A stretch of 64,000 nucleotides of DNA from a virus (IMGVR_UViG_3300028888_000084:1-64000), one strand, 5' to 3'. Shown: positions 37,001-47,071, counted from the stretch's first letter. Notes: generated by a model not told the origin, from the sequence alone. Numbers and translations are program-made.

Positions 37001-37122
37001 GTGAAATAAGTGTCTTGTCCAAGTTCTTTAGCCCTTTCGATGTAATCGCTTGGTTTAACGATTACATCTAAGGTTCTAACATTAGAATAATGTGTATGTT
37101 TATGATAATTATTATATCTCAT
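34030..37122 (-). CDS. dnaE: DNA polymerase III alpha subunit (family C, PHP domain)
   Basis: H.HT.YS, TEHG, TACIAG, DSHY, GRGSAVS, PDIDL, RPG, YQE, YSFN.SH. Confidence 0.95.
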   Translation of the reverse strand: MRYNNYHKHTHYSNVRTLDVIVKPSDYIERAKELGQDTYFTTEHGFQGNIYEAQTLCEANGMKCIYGTEAYYVDDATNKDDRGNYHIVLIAMTEKGRKQINKILSLANTIGFYYKPRIDLEMLLTLSPNDVIVTTACIAGRMFKDDWEDKFLIPVYKHFGDSLYLEIQDHNVDIQKEYNKKILEVHKKYNIKLIHGCDSHYIKPEDSKYRDLFLKAKGIIYEEENNFILDYPTSDEILSRYKVQGVIPDDLAIEALNNTLIFDNAEPISIDKEFKIPKIIQEDSDEKLKEIVYSAWAKEKYSVNKNKWSVYEDAIDYELNIIKNCGMADYFILDYNIVKHAVTDYDAVLTRSGRGSAVSFYINKLLGLTEVDRIKAPITLYPTRFMSAERILSSRSLPDIDLNFANVDPVIKASKDILGDDGIYYMVAYKPLQESSAFRLWCKANDLNIADYDEIAKDLEKYVEDEKWKDLIEGSKRFRGVIESIAPSPCSFLLLDKPISEEVGLIKVGDIICCALDGYNCDYYKYLKNDYLTVKVWEIIDDVYKLIGRPIDNISQLINNCDDKVWEIYEKGLTTTINQSDSDFGKQTLRRYKPRSLAEMSAWVAAIRPGFSSLLNTFLDRKSYTTGVPELDNILQDSFHFMMYQESIMKYLVWLGIEEKGTYDIIKKIAKKKFKEDELEKLRGQLLQGWIKQVGKEDGFNNTWQVVMDAAHYSFNASHSLSVAIDSIYGAYLKSHYPLEYYTVVLNLYGDDQDRTVNLTDELKYFGIKISDIEFGKSRSNYNMDKENNTIFKGIGSIKFLNDTVAEELYQLSLEKHDNFLDLLMDIKNTSCNSRQIDILIKLDYFKNYGNSQFLSKIYEMFAFFKFGTAKQIDKAKITDEFVKSVISRNSKHTEKQFREIDCMSIMRELYEYYKVTITNDFSAKDKISWQQEYMGYTDLRSSNPEDRFKLLVKSVKPLRTKDKSKTWAYALDCVSLYSSKNNELLVYQKIFDKNPLLENDIIQVNPNCMQKKVYNDRVSWYLSNYIKCQ

Positions 37123-37148
37123 AGTAATTATTCACATCCTTTTATTCC

Positions 37149-39113
37149 TTAAAATCCAAAACTCTCTTCAAAATTATTTGACACAGTTTTGTTTACAACC
37201 AAATCTTTACTTATATTTTTAGGATAATCTATTTTAAATTTTGATTCCCAAGAATATCGTCTTTCTAATTCTTCTTCGTCAGAATATATTCTTGCTGTTG
37301 CATAATCATAAAACATTTTGACCTTTTGACCAACTTTTCCAGTTTGTCTATCTTTAACAACAGTAAGATAAGAATTAAATCCTTGTGGATCATCTTTAAG
37401 TATTCCTACGGCAAATGCCCTGTCTGCAAGATTTACTATTTCAGAACTACCAGATATATCATACATTCCTGCCTCTTTTTGACCTGGTGCTGGTTTTTTA
37501 GGATGTGCTACCAGTATAACAGTAACAGGATATTTTCTTGTAAATCTTTTTAATGCTAATGCAAATTTTATTTGTGCAGAATATTTATCTTCTTCATCAT
37601 TAGTTGTGCACACAATACACATTAAATTATCTAGCGAGAAAAATGTAACATTATGTCTTTTATAAGCATATTCCATAGCTGATAATATTTCTTCTGCATT
37701 TGTACTTATTTCTTCTCCATCTTCATAATTCCATATTCTGTTTTTATAATATTCACGTATAGCATTTTTTGCTTCAGTTGTAACTTTATATACTGGTGGT
37801 AAATATGGAACTGTATTATCATACTGCATAATATGATGTTTTCCAGCTAAAGGTCTAAATGTATTGCCTAACAATGTTCCACCATTAGCTTCACCAGAGA
37901 ATATCATAACATTTTTACCTGCCTCTAATGGCGATATTATGCCCATTTCTGATATCATACTACTTTTACCAGATCCAGCAAATCCAGTTAAAACTATAAG
38001 ATTATTATCGAAATTTCCCATAACAACTTTATCTACGGCTTTAAATCCAGTACTTATGAAAGGTAAACTTGCCAATTCTACTTCATCATAATCCCATAAT
38101 GATTTTAATCTTGGATTTGGTACTTCTTTTGCATTATCTATTAATCGTAATACGTCATCTTTTCCACATATAGATAATACATTACTACAATCGCATTTAT
38201 CGTAATCTATATCAAAATTATCGTGGTAAAATTGCTTTATTTTTGTCAAAACTTCTTCGTCTGGTTGAACAAGTTTTACCCTCGCTAATCCTAATCTATT
38301 AACACATTCTTTTCTCATAGCATCGCCTGGTGCATCATTATCAGACCATACAATTATAGATGAAAATTTATCTAACCAATCATAATTATATTCTATCCAA
38401 TTGAAATCTTCTGCACCGCCATTTATTGATACAGCATTCTGAAAGCCACTTTCTACTGCCGCAAGACAATCTACAAATCCTTCTACTATAAGTAAAGGTT
38501 TAGTTGTATCGATTCTGTCCATATTGTATAATATAGGGCACTTTCCACTATCCTTTTGCCACCACCATTTTCCTTCTTTATTTGTGGCAGCTCTAGATAA
38601 TCTATACTTAGTACACATATGAACGCCATCACTGTTAAAAAGTTGAAATGCCATATTGCCATGTGCGTCTTGTTTAACATGACAGTAATCAAGTGTTTTT
38701 GGCGATATACTTCGTGATTTAGCATATTCTTCTACTATTTTTCTATCATTTTCGGGCTCATCAACTGGATATTTATATCCTATTAACTTGTCAGAATTGT
38801 AGTTATCTTTGAAATCACTTGCGTCATAAGGCATTTTAACTAAGTCGAATAATTCTTTAACCGCTTCAGGAAAGGATTTATTATGGAATTTACAAAAATG
38901 GTCTATAATATCATATGTTCTTCCAGTAGAAAAACATTTAAACATATTTTTTTCTTCATACCAAATCATACTAGGTGTATTTTCTTGTTTGAATATAGAC
39001 TTTCCTTTTTTGCCATCCCACATTTCTATTGGTATTTCTTTAGCAATGATATCTGCAGCACGAATTCCAAGTTGACTTTTAGCTTCCTCTATCTTTTCCT
39101 TACTTATTTTCAA
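37149..39113 (-). CDS. TOPRIM primase-SF4 helicase fusion
   Basis: VEGFVD, DND..G; G.AGSGKS, DNLM, VAHPKK, DISGS, K.R. Confidence 0.9.
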   Translation of the reverse strand: MKISKEKIEEAKSQLGIRAADIIAKEIPIEMWDGKKGKSIFKQENTPSMIWYEEKNMFKCFSTGRTYDIIDHFCKFHNKSFPEAVKELFDLVKMPYDASDFKDNYNSDKLIGYKYPVDEPENDRKIVEEYAKSRSISPKTLDYCHVKQDAHGNMAFQLFNSDGVHMCTKYRLSRAATNKEGKWWWQKDSGKCPILYNMDRIDTTKPLLIVEGFVDCLAAVESGFQNAVSINGGAEDFNWIEYNYDWLDKFSSIIVWSDNDAPGDAMRKECVNRLGLARVKLVQPDEEVLTKIKQFYHDNFDIDYDKCDCSNVLSICGKDDVLRLIDNAKEVPNPRLKSLWDYDEVELASLPFISTGFKAVDKVVMGNFDNNLIVLTGFAGSGKSSMISEMGIISPLEAGKNVMIFSGEANGGTLLGNTFRPLAGKHHIMQYDNTVPYLPPVYKVTTEAKNAIREYYKNRIWNYEDGEEISTNAEEILSAMEYAYKRHNVTFFSLDNLMCIVCTTNDEEDKYSAQIKFALALKRFTRKYPVTVILVAHPKKPAPGQKEAGMYDISGSSEIVNLADRAFAVGILKDDPQGFNSYLTVVKDRQTGKVGQKVKMFYDYATARIYSDEEELERRYSWESKFKIDYPKNISKDLVVNKTVSNNFEESFGF

Positions 39114-39162
39114 TTATATCACCGCCATTTACAATTATATAACACATAAAGTAAAAGTCGAT

Positions 39163-39957
39163 TTAAATACATAGTCCTTTGTATCCACAAATATATCTAC
39201 AGAAAAAGTCGTTATAAGGATTCTCACATTTAGTATCAAAATCTTCTTCTTCATATATATCGTGAATCGTATTCTCTACCCATTCAAGTGCTTCTTTCAA
39301 TGCATTTTCATCAAATTCACACGTTACAGTTTCGTTCTCTTTAAACATATTAAATTCTAAAATCTTAGGATATTCATTATATTTTTGTTTAACATACAAT
39401 GAATATAAGTATAACTGCCTAAGATATTCTTTTAATTCTGTGTCATTCTTAAAAGCACTTTTACTTTTGTGGTCAAGTATCTTAAAATTACCGTCTTTGT
39501 CTTTTGATAATCTATCTATATACCCGATGAATTTAATTGTCATATCAGATAATTCTATGTCTAGTTTGATTTCTTGTTCGGTACCAACTACATCATCGGA
39601 AAAACCTTCAAAGTTTTCAAGGTATTTTAAACCTTTTTTATAATATTGCTCTCGTAAATCAACGTAATTATTAGGCGGTGCTTCTTCTGTTATATATAAA
39701 TCAAAATTATCTTCGTAATATTTTTTCATATCAAATAATTCTATTTCATTTTTGCTATACATTTCAAGAATTTTGTGAACAAAACTTCCGAATTGTGCAA
39801 AAAAATTACCCTCAGCATCGTCTTCTAATACATATCTTTTGTAAAACATACGTTTACAAGTATGAAAGGAATTTAATCTTGAAAATGACCAAACCATTTC
39901 ATCAAGTATGTCCTTAAGAAGTTGTTTGTCTAAAATTTCAAATTCCAAAATATTCAC
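39163..39957 (-). CDS. PD-(D/E)XK exonuclease (RecB/Cas4-like)
   Basis: WSFSRL...C, G..VH.ILE, GYIDRL, LDHKS, QL.LY, C..IC.Y...C. Confidence 0.85.
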   Translation of the reverse strand: MNILEFEILDKQLLKDILDEMVWSFSRLNSFHTCKRMFYKRYVLEDDAEGNFFAQFGSFVHKILEMYSKNEIELFDMKKYYEDNFDLYITEEAPPNNYVDLREQYYKKGLKYLENFEGFSDDVVGTEQEIKLDIELSDMTIKFIGYIDRLSKDKDGNFKILDHKSKSAFKNDTELKEYLRQLYLYSLYVKQKYNEYPKILEFNMFKENETVTCEFDENALKEALEWVENTIHDIYEEEDFDTKCENPYNDFFCRYICGYKGLCI

Positions 39958-39974
39958 CCCTCATTAATATTTGG

Positions 39975-40000
39975 TTAGTCGCCACAAATGTGGCGACTAA
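39975..40000 (-). terminator. intergenic hairpin
   Basis: TTAGTCGCCACA / TGTGGCGACTAA. Confidence 0.6.
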
Positions 40001-40005
40001 AACCA

Positions 40006-40419
40006 TTAAAATGGAAGTTGTTCTTCATTAGTAGATGTTGGATTTACAACACCATTTACAGAATTGGTGTTATTCTTATCAACCTCACTTGCCATACAGA
40101 AGTCGAAAATTGTAAGATTTAGGTAGTAAACTGGTCTTCCTGATGCATCTAATATGTCCCCACCATTACGATCTAAGCCTTTAACACGTTCTATTCTTCC
40201 TTTAAGAATATAAATCCTATCTTTACTTTTTAATGTATCAAACTTCTTATCTGCTTCGCCTAAAAAAGAAACAGTTCCCCAAGCTGAATTTATATAAGTA
40301 GTTTCATTTGTTTGTTTATTTACATTTCTTCTACTTGTACTTAAATTTGCCAATGCTGTTTTTCTATCATTTCTTGATGGATTAAAAACAGTTGCATAAA
40401 CATTTGAAAAATTTATCAT
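40006..40419 (-). CDS. single-stranded DNA-binding protein
   Basis: OB-fold-like sequence, C-terminal EEQLPF, located in the replication module. Confidence 0.7.
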   Translation of the reverse strand: MINFSNVYATVFNPSRNDRKTALANLSTSRRNVNKQTNETTYINSAWGTVSFLGEADKKFDTLKSKDRIYILKGRIERVKGLDRNGGDILDASGRPVYYLNLTIFDFCMASEVDKNNTNSVNGVVNPTSTNEEQLPF

Positions 40420-40438
40420 ATTATTATCTCCTTTTTGA

Positions 40439-41335
40439 TTATATTTGTTGAAGTGCGGCTAATACTGCTAATGCAGTATCAATATCCTTAATGGCTATAA
40501 AATTCTTTTTACCATCATTAACTTCAGCTACAGCATCATATAATTCTTCCTTTTTCTTTCCTTGTTCCATCTTTTGTTTAAAAAGGTCTGATATTTCGCC
40601 TATAACAGATTCAAGCGTAGGTTCTTCTGATACCTCTGGAATTGGTTTTGGTGCTACTGCTTCACCAGAATTCGCCCAATCATATAGCTTTTCGCCATCT
40701 TTTTCTGTAAGCATAGCCATAGTTCCTTCAAATAAGTGTGTATTATCCTTCGTAGCCTCTGCAACGTGTGAATCTTGGAATATATTAAAAGCTACAGTAT
40801 AATCGTATTCAGCATCTTTATCTTGTTGAACACCTACGCCAACTTTTTTAGGTACTTGTTTGCCTTCTTTTTCCTCAAAGACATATTCATCCTTACCCCT
40901 ACCTGTAGATATTACATGTATAGGTGAGAATAATATTTTTTCCATCAAAACTTTGTGTCTTGGTTTTAGCTTTGCCCAAGTTCCAGCACCTGGTTTAACT
41001 TGTGCTTGTTGACATAAATACAACCATTCGTGTGTTGTGCTATCAATTACAATGACCTTATAATCAGCATCGATTGCATTTTGTATAGCTTCGCAAAATT
41101 TCTCTGGTGTGTAAGGTTCTGATAATTCTAAGATATCGAAGTCAAATTCGTTAGCATAATATTTGCTACGACCAGCTTCTGTGTCAATTACTGCAATACC
41201 AGTTCCTCCACATTTCTTGTAAATTCCTGTGGCAAGTTTTAAAGCCGAATAGGTTTTACCCGATCCGCTACTGCCAAATAACAGTGCCTTTACATAGATT
41301 TTTTCCTTTTTTGCTTTTTGGAAAGCGTTAGCCAT
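40439..41335 (-). CDS. AAA/P-loop ATPase (Sak4-like recombination protein)
   Basis: GSSGSGKT, IDTE, VIDS.THEW. Confidence 0.8.
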   Translation of the reverse strand: MANAFQKAKKEKIYVKALLFGSSGSGKTYSALKLATGIYKKCGGTGIAVIDTEAGRSKYYANEFDFDILELSEPYTPEKFCEAIQNAIDADYKVIVIDSTTHEWLYLCQQAQVKPGAGTWAKLKPRHKVLMEKILFSPIHVISTGRGKDEYVFEEKEGKQVPKKVGVGVQQDKDAEYDYTVAFNIFQDSHVAEATKDNTHLFEGTMAMLTEKDGEKLYDWANSGEAVAPKPIPEVSEEPTLESVIGEISDLFKQKMEQGKKKEELYDAVAEVNDGKKNFIAIKDIDTALAVLAALQQI

Positions 41336-41466
41336 TCCAAATCACTCCTTTAGATTTAAATTTATATAATAAAATAAAAAATATTATATAGCAACATTAT
41401 ATCTTACAAGGTTATTTTACAACATAAGATTTAATTTGTCAAGTATATAAATTAATCTAATTTTTA

Positions 41467-41518
41467 AGGTGAGCCAGACGCATCCAACTCACCTAGGTGT
41501 CGCCCGCAGGCAAACACC
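41467..41518 (-). ncRNA. candidate small two-hairpin RNA
   Basis: Two GC-rich hairpins, both with UGCG loops, directly after a TTGACA-17 bp-TAATAT promoter. Confidence 0.45.
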
Positions 41519-41740
41519 GCAATTCAATTATATATTAACACGATATTAATAAAATGTCAATAAAAAATCGGTAAAAAATCAGAATAGAATTTCAAAATTT
41601 GTTAAAATTTATTAAAATTACTATTCTGATGTATATTTTTCTTATTTTCCATAAAATTTTGATTTTTTTCAAATTTTTAAAAATAAGAATGGCTTCAATA
41701 GTGGGCTGCAGGGCTCGATTTTCACAATAAAATTGTGTTT

Positions 41741-42142
41741 TTATGGATTTACCCCAGTTATTATAATTTCCAAAGGAAATGATATAGTTGGTTTTCTATA
41801 TTTTGCTGATAAAACGATGTTTCCATTTCCTTGTGATATAAGTCTAACACCACATTCTTCGGCTTCATTACATTCTTCTTCTGTAGCTATTGCGGCAATA
41901 CCAATAATACCATTGGTTTTAACCGTGATATCAGTCAACCCGTTTATAGTGCAAGTATATGGTGCGTATTCACCAGACCAGTCACTTGCTGCTGGCACTT
42001 GTACTACAATAGATTTAGTTCTATTGTCTTCTATAGTAGTATTATCATTATATTTTACCACATCAGCCATTGTTGCTGGATATATCGTATCATAATCCAC
42101 ACCATTAAATCTTTTTATGTTTGTTTTATAATTATTAGCCAA
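41741..42142 (-). CDS. tail-fibre-associated protein
   Basis: YDTIYP.T.A..V and W....PYT..I.G motifs typical of fibre modules. Confidence 0.6.
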   Translation of the reverse strand: MANNYKTNIKRFNGVDYDTIYPATMADVVKYNDNTTIEDNRTKSIVVQVPAASDWSGEYAPYTCTINGLTDITVKTNGIIGIAAIATEEECNEAEECGVRLISQGNGNIVLSAKYRKPTISFPLEIIITGVNP

Positions 42143-42156
42143 TTACCTCACCCCTT

Positions 42157-42849
42157 TTAATTTATAACTTCTAGCCATAAACTTCCGTTTGTTCCGTAAC
42201 TTGGTTCAGAAGAACTTAAGTAAGGAACACATTTATTATAATCAACTACCAAAGTCCAATAAATAGAGTCTATTGAAGGTTCTTTGTCTGTGCTTGAAGT
42301 TTTTGCTACCCATAAACAATTATCGTACACAACGCATGCTTTAGCCGCATATTGCGTTGAACTGTTCCAATTTGTATAACCAGTTAAATTTAGTGATGTA
42401 TTTCCTTTATTGCCCCTTAAACCTAATTTTAAGCAAAAATTTGTTGTAGTTGGCGAGGTTCCTGCGGGTTTTTCAACTTTTACTAAATACAAATTATTAT
42501 TATATAATATTACATTTCCAACTTCATATTGAGTTGTACTTGAATATTGACCAACATATTTAATATTATATATTTTATCCTCATATTCATCGTAAAGATC
42601 ATTTAATTTATCTATTACACCTTCTTGATTAAAATTCTCTGCCTCAAGAAATGCATCTATAAATCCGTTATAAAATTCTTGTATTACACCTTTACCTATT
42701 AATTCTTCTTTTTCGTTATCATTTTGATCATAAACCGCATCTATCATAGCATTATAATCTTCTGATTCAGCTGCGTTATAAAATTCCAATCTAAAACTTT
42801 GGTCTGAATGGTGTATATCTTGTGGTCTTTGTATTTCAAATGACTTCAT
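42157..42849 (-). CDS. virion protein with carbohydrate-binding-like repeats
   Basis: Y...T.Y..G..V.Y....Y/W repeats; paralog-like to 42866-43597. Confidence 0.65.
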   Translation of the reverse strand: MKSFEIQRPQDIHHSDQSFRLEFYNAAESEDYNAMIDAVYDQNDNEKEELIGKGVIQEFYNGFIDAFLEAENFNQEGVIDKLNDLYDEYEDKIYNIKYVGQYSSTTQYEVGNVILYNNNLYLVKVEKPAGTSPTTTNFCLKLGLRGNKGNTSLNLTGYTNWNSSTQYAAKACVVYDNCLWVAKTSSTDKEPSIDSIYWTLVVDYNKCVPYLSSSEPSYGTNGSLWLEVIN

Positions 42850-42865
42850 AAATAATCACCTCTTG

Positions 42866-43597
42866 TTAAATTATTTCAAGCCATAAATCGCCATCATCTA
42901 AACCTGATGGTGTTTCAGATTGTAAAGGAATTGATGATGGTGGTATATCTAATATTTTTTTCCATTCAGTTGTTGCACTATCTGTTGGTTCAACACCTGT
43001 TGAAGTTGTATTGGACAACCACAAACTATTATTATGCGATACAATATCATTCGCACCATATGTCTGGTCTTCTAAATATTCATATCTAAAAGAACCAGCA
43101 GAACCACTTAATCCTAACGCACCACGTATTGTAAATTGCACCCAATATTCTTGATTGTCTAATTCTATATTTACTGGAACATCTTGTAATGCTATATATA
43201 AAAACGTAGAATCGCCAGATACCTTAGAAACAATATTATTTTTCTTATAAGTATGCGACTTGTTCCATGATTCTTTATAACCAAAATCATCTAATTTGCC
43301 TTGCCATTCAGTTTGTTTTGTATTTATATATGGTTCTATATCTGTTTTATAATATCTTTCAAGTGCTATTAAAGCATCACGAAATTTGTTTAATTTTCCT
43401 GAATCTATTAATTTTTGATCTTTGCCAGGAAGTCCATCTAATAATTGCTGTGCAGCTTCAAAATCACCCATTCTCAAATAATAATGAAACATGTTTATTT
43501 GAGGCAAATCTTCAGCAGTTATATTGACAAAATATGGCATATCATCTAAAGAATCAGGAAAGGATGTGTAAATTAAATCTTCATATAATTCACTCAT
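42866..43597 (-). CDS. virion protein with carbohydrate-binding-like repeats
   Basis: W.....Y..N.IVS...YW repeats; ends GDLWLEI. Confidence 0.65.
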   Translation of the reverse strand: MSELYEDLIYTSFPDSLDDMPYFVNITAEDLPQINMFHYYLRMGDFEAAQQLLDGLPGKDQKLIDSGKLNKFRDALIALERYYKTDIEPYINTKQTEWQGKLDDFGYKESWNKSHTYKKNNIVSKVSGDSTFLYIALQDVPVNIELDNQEYWVQFTIRGALGLSGSAGSFRYEYLEDQTYGANDIVSHNNSLWLSNTTSTGVEPTDSATTEWKKILDIPPSSIPLQSETPSGLDDGDLWLEII

Positions 43598-43608
43598 TTT
43601 TTACCTCC

Positions 43609-45024
43609 TTATATGTCTGGATATAGCGGATAAAATTTAATTGCATTAACTCTTTGTTCACCGCCTATCGATAAATCAATATTAATACTTTTCGTAATAT
43701 ATTGACTTCCTATGCCAGTGTCTGGATCTAAATAATAAATCTTATCATTTACGTCTAACCAATATAAAGGTGCCATTGTTAAATTCAAAGAATCATTAAG
43801 CCTTGTTAATTTCCAGAGTTCATATTCAGCACGTTGTAAACACAAATCATCTGTAGTTATATTATCATATTCGCCGCCGTGTAACACAGTATAAATTTCA
43901 CCTATTTTGTTTATACAGTATGGACTATCTTCATTTGTATCACTACAAGTAGCTGTCGGTTGTTGTCTACCCATATACATAAAAGTTCCATTTTCCTGCA
44001 TTTTAACAACATAATATTCATCGTTTTCTGGAAAAACAGCACTAGTCCCATCTTCATTAACTATATTACCAGTTACTATATCTGTAGTTCCATTATTTAT
44101 AACTAATTTGGGATTCTGTGCTATAGAATGAATTGTAAATCCTATAGTTTCGCCAGTTTCAACTTCTTCTTTGCCAGTAAGAACAATCGTGTATTTACTT
44201 CCCGACAATGTTGCATCTCCGCCATATTCATTTGGATCTAAACTTTTCCCTAACACTGTTACTTTATTTTTAACATCCTCAAAATTTATTTCCACGTTTT
44301 CTGTTACCACGATCTTTTTTAAAAAATCATATGTAACAACAATCTGATCTTCTGTATTACTAGGTATTTTTTGAAATACGAATACACCATCTAAATCAAA
44401 AAACATCTCATAATTTGGATAGATATCACGAATTTTAGAAAGTAAATCATATACCGTTCCACCAATATCTATAGTAATATCGTATGGTAAATTACCTTCA
44501 TCACAGTCTATTGTATATTTACTAAATCCAGCTAATTGTGTTATTATAGATACTAAAACTTCACGCATGTTCTCCCCAGCTTCAATTTTGGTTGTCATAG
44601 CTTGAAGTGTTCCATTTCTCATACCAGTAAGTTTAGACATTAAATCTACACCTTCAAATGATAATCTTTTATCACTTGCTGAATATGAAAAACTAGGTTT
44701 ATTTATAAGATAAATTCCACAATTATACCATATAATATTTTGTGTGGTAATATGTCTAATACCAACATATAATTGTATATATCTATCTAACCATATATCA
44801 CCACCAGATTTTATAGTAAGTGTAGAACTATCCACAACAAATTCAACCCTACAAGTTCTTCTTATATCAGCGTTTGCATCTATTGATATACTACCGCCTA
44901 AACTATAACCACTTATTTCATCTACTATATTCATATCTAAATCCAAAACGTTGATTTTTATAAATAATTCCCTATATGGTTGTTCTGCCAATTCTAAATC
45001 TAGATTACTTGGAATATAAGACAT
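43609..45024 (-). CDS. baseplate hub / tail protein
   Basis: G.ISIDA.ADIRRT, D.MSKL, FFD.DG.FVF; position in the tail module. Confidence 0.65.
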   Translation of the reverse strand: MSYIPSNLDLELAEQPYRELFIKINVLDLDMNIVDEISGYSLGGSISIDANADIRRTCRVEFVVDSSTLTIKSGGDIWLDRYIQLYVGIRHITTQNIIWYNCGIYLINKPSFSYSASDKRLSFEGVDLMSKLTGMRNGTLQAMTTKIEAGENMREVLVSIITQLAGFSKYTIDCDEGNLPYDITIDIGGTVYDLLSKIRDIYPNYEMFFDLDGVFVFQKIPSNTEDQIVVTYDFLKKIVVTENVEINFEDVKNKVTVLGKSLDPNEYGGDATLSGSKYTIVLTGKEEVETGETIGFTIHSIAQNPKLVINNGTTDIVTGNIVNEDGTSAVFPENDEYYVVKMQENGTFMYMGRQQPTATCSDTNEDSPYCINKIGEIYTVLHGGEYDNITTDDLCLQRAEYELWKLTRLNDSLNLTMAPLYWLDVNDKIYYLDPDTGIGSQYITKSINIDLSIGGEQRVNAIKFYPLYPDI

Positions 45025-45036
45025 ATTATCACCTCA

Positions 45037-45948
45037 CTATTCTTTTACAAAACCAGATAAAAATAAATCGTGTGAAGAATTTGTATCTCCAACTTCTACG
45101 TACTTAAATTCTACATCTGCAAATCCAAATCCTAAATTATTATTAGGAGTAACTGTAGGATTATCAATAATCATTACTAACCACGAATTACCATTCCAGT
45201 CTTTTATTATTTTAGGTTTACGATTAGTTAAAAAATCTAAAATACCTTTTCTATATTCGGCTTCATCGTGCCTATTCAATGTGCTATTATATAAATCATC
45301 TTCTAATATAATAGTTGCTTTTAAAGATGATTTATAATAATTGGTTATACCATTTGCAACCACTATAGGATATTTTTTACCCATAGGTTCATATATGCCA
45401 GTTATATTTTTTTGTTCGCCATTTCCAAATGATACACCAGCTGCGAATTTATAAATCGTATCTGTATCACATATAAAAACACCGTCAAATTGTGACATTA
45501 TAGAATTTATCATATATTGTGATTCTACGTTATTTTCAAAGTCTATAACTGGAACTATTGCGTACTCATATTCAGTGTTAGCCTCCGACATATAATCAGT
45601 AACATTAAATTTTAATGAAGTGTTAGGATCCAATGTGTATTCAGCCAACAACACCCATTCATCAGTACCTTTTTTTCTTTTTTTTAATCTTACACCTTGC
45701 ATTTGATCTAATAAATAATCTATGTTACCAGCATTTAAACTACCATCAAATCCAGCGGACATTATAGTAAGTAAATTCCACGTCGTGTCATAGTTTGGTG
45801 TATATGGTTTATCTATTCCACTTTCTATATATAATTTATCAAATATACCATTCATAACTTCTACAGTATTGATTTCATTTCTATATGTTCCCATGTGTTC
45901 AAAAGCAACTTCATCTAAAGGAAAGTTATATCCAACGATACTTATCAT
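45037..45948 (-). CDS. tail or baseplate protein (distal-tail-like)
   Basis: Y.YAIVPV, KYP, K.K.IKDWNG, F.YVEVG; position. Confidence 0.6.
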   Translation of the reverse strand: MISIVGYNFPLDEVAFEHMGTYRNEINTVEVMNGIFDKLYIESGIDKPYTPNYDTTWNLLTIMSAGFDGSLNAGNIDYLLDQMQGVRLKKRKKGTDEWVLLAEYTLDPNTSLKFNVTDYMSEANTEYEYAIVPVIDFENNVESQYMINSIMSQFDGVFICDTDTIYKFAAGVSFGNGEQKNITGIYEPMGKKYPIVVANGITNYYKSSLKATIILEDDLYNSTLNRHDEAEYRKGILDFLTNRKPKIIKDWNGNSWLVMIIDNPTVTPNNNLGFGFADVEFKYVEVGDTNSSHDLFLSGFVKE

Positions 45949-47054
45949 TATGACGCACCCCCTATATTTTCAATTCTAATATCCATCATGTCATTTCCAC
46001 AAATCATTTGTATTACCAAGTAATCTGTTTCTAAAGGTTTAGGTATATCATTACTATATATTCTATAATAATATATTCCATCAGAATCAAATCTGTTTAA
46101 TAATTCAATATGACATAAATCTTCTTCTGTTAAATCATCATAAAATTCACGATAATACAAACCTGTTCTATCACCTAATTGACAAATACAAGTATTATTG
46201 TTAAAATCACGACCTGTTATATAAACTGTATAATTTTCATTAAAAGATAATTGATCATCCCAAATAGCACCATTATTTCGTAAATCAGCTGCTGTAACAC
46301 TACCTTCTGTTAGATATTCAATATCGCCGTTAGTGGATTCACCTTCCAAATCATGAATTTGACTTTCTATATATATAGTACCATCTTTACAGTTATTTGT
46401 CAACTTAATTGCAGATGTAAATTGTGAAGATCCATATTTTACATTAAATGTTTCTTTATTGCTATACACAACTGTGTTTTGTGAAGTATATCCTACTGCT
46501 TGAATTTTATATGTCGTATCGTCTTCTAATCCAGTAAAAGTGTAATTCAAATACGTTGGTGGCGGAATAGTGTCATAAACATATATTCTATTTTCACCAT
46601 CTATTGATTTTATCAAATTATCATATCTATCGTATAATAAAAATCCATAAGAACTTAATAATTCACCTTGCAATTGTGTATATGTAGCTTTGAAATTATA
46701 AGAAGATGCTTCTACGATTCCACCTGCTGGTATATTTGTAAAAACAATAACTGGCGTAGTATAACACCAAAATTGTATAGAATTACTAGCCATACTATAA
46801 TTATCATCTTCGTCAACCGTTTGAATACTTGCAACATAATAATTACCATTAGTTAGTGAATTAGCTGGTAATACATATTTTGGTGATGTAGAAGAGATTG
46901 TATTACTATATACTACTGCACCTGTATCGTTTAATTTGACAGTCAACTTGCTGCCAACAAACGGATCGCCGCCATTGGCAACAAAGTTAAATGTCATAGA
47001 TTTAGTGGCATCAAATGCAGCCACCGAAGATAATACTGGTTTTATTAATGCCAC
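45948..47054 (-). CDS. virion structural protein with FN3/Ig-like domains
   Basis: L.NG.YY and GLEDDTTYKI motifs. Confidence 0.6.
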   Translation of the reverse strand: MALIKPVLSSVAAFDATKSMTFNFVANGGDPFVGSKLTVKLNDTGAVVYSNTISSTSPKYVLPANSLTNGNYYVASIQTVDEDDNYSMASNSIQFWCYTTPVIVFTNIPAGGIVEASSYNFKATYTQLQGELLSSYGFLLYDRYDNLIKSIDGENRIYVYDTIPPPTYLNYTFTGLEDDTTYKIQAVGYTSQNTVVYSNKETFNVKYGSSQFTSAIKLTNNCKDGTIYIESQIHDLEGESTNGDIEYLTEGSVTAADLRNNGAIWDDQLSFNENYTVYITGRDFNNNTCICQLGDRTGLYYREFYDDLTEEDLCHIELLNRFDSDGIYYYRIYSNDIPKPLETDYLVIQMICGNDMMDIRIENIGGAS

Positions 47055-47071
47055 ATTACCTCACCCCTATT

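Noticed and set aside
39163-39957. Cas4 as evidence of a CRISPR system
   Set aside because: It lies between SSB and primase-helicase, the usual context for a phage recombination exonuclease, and there is no array.
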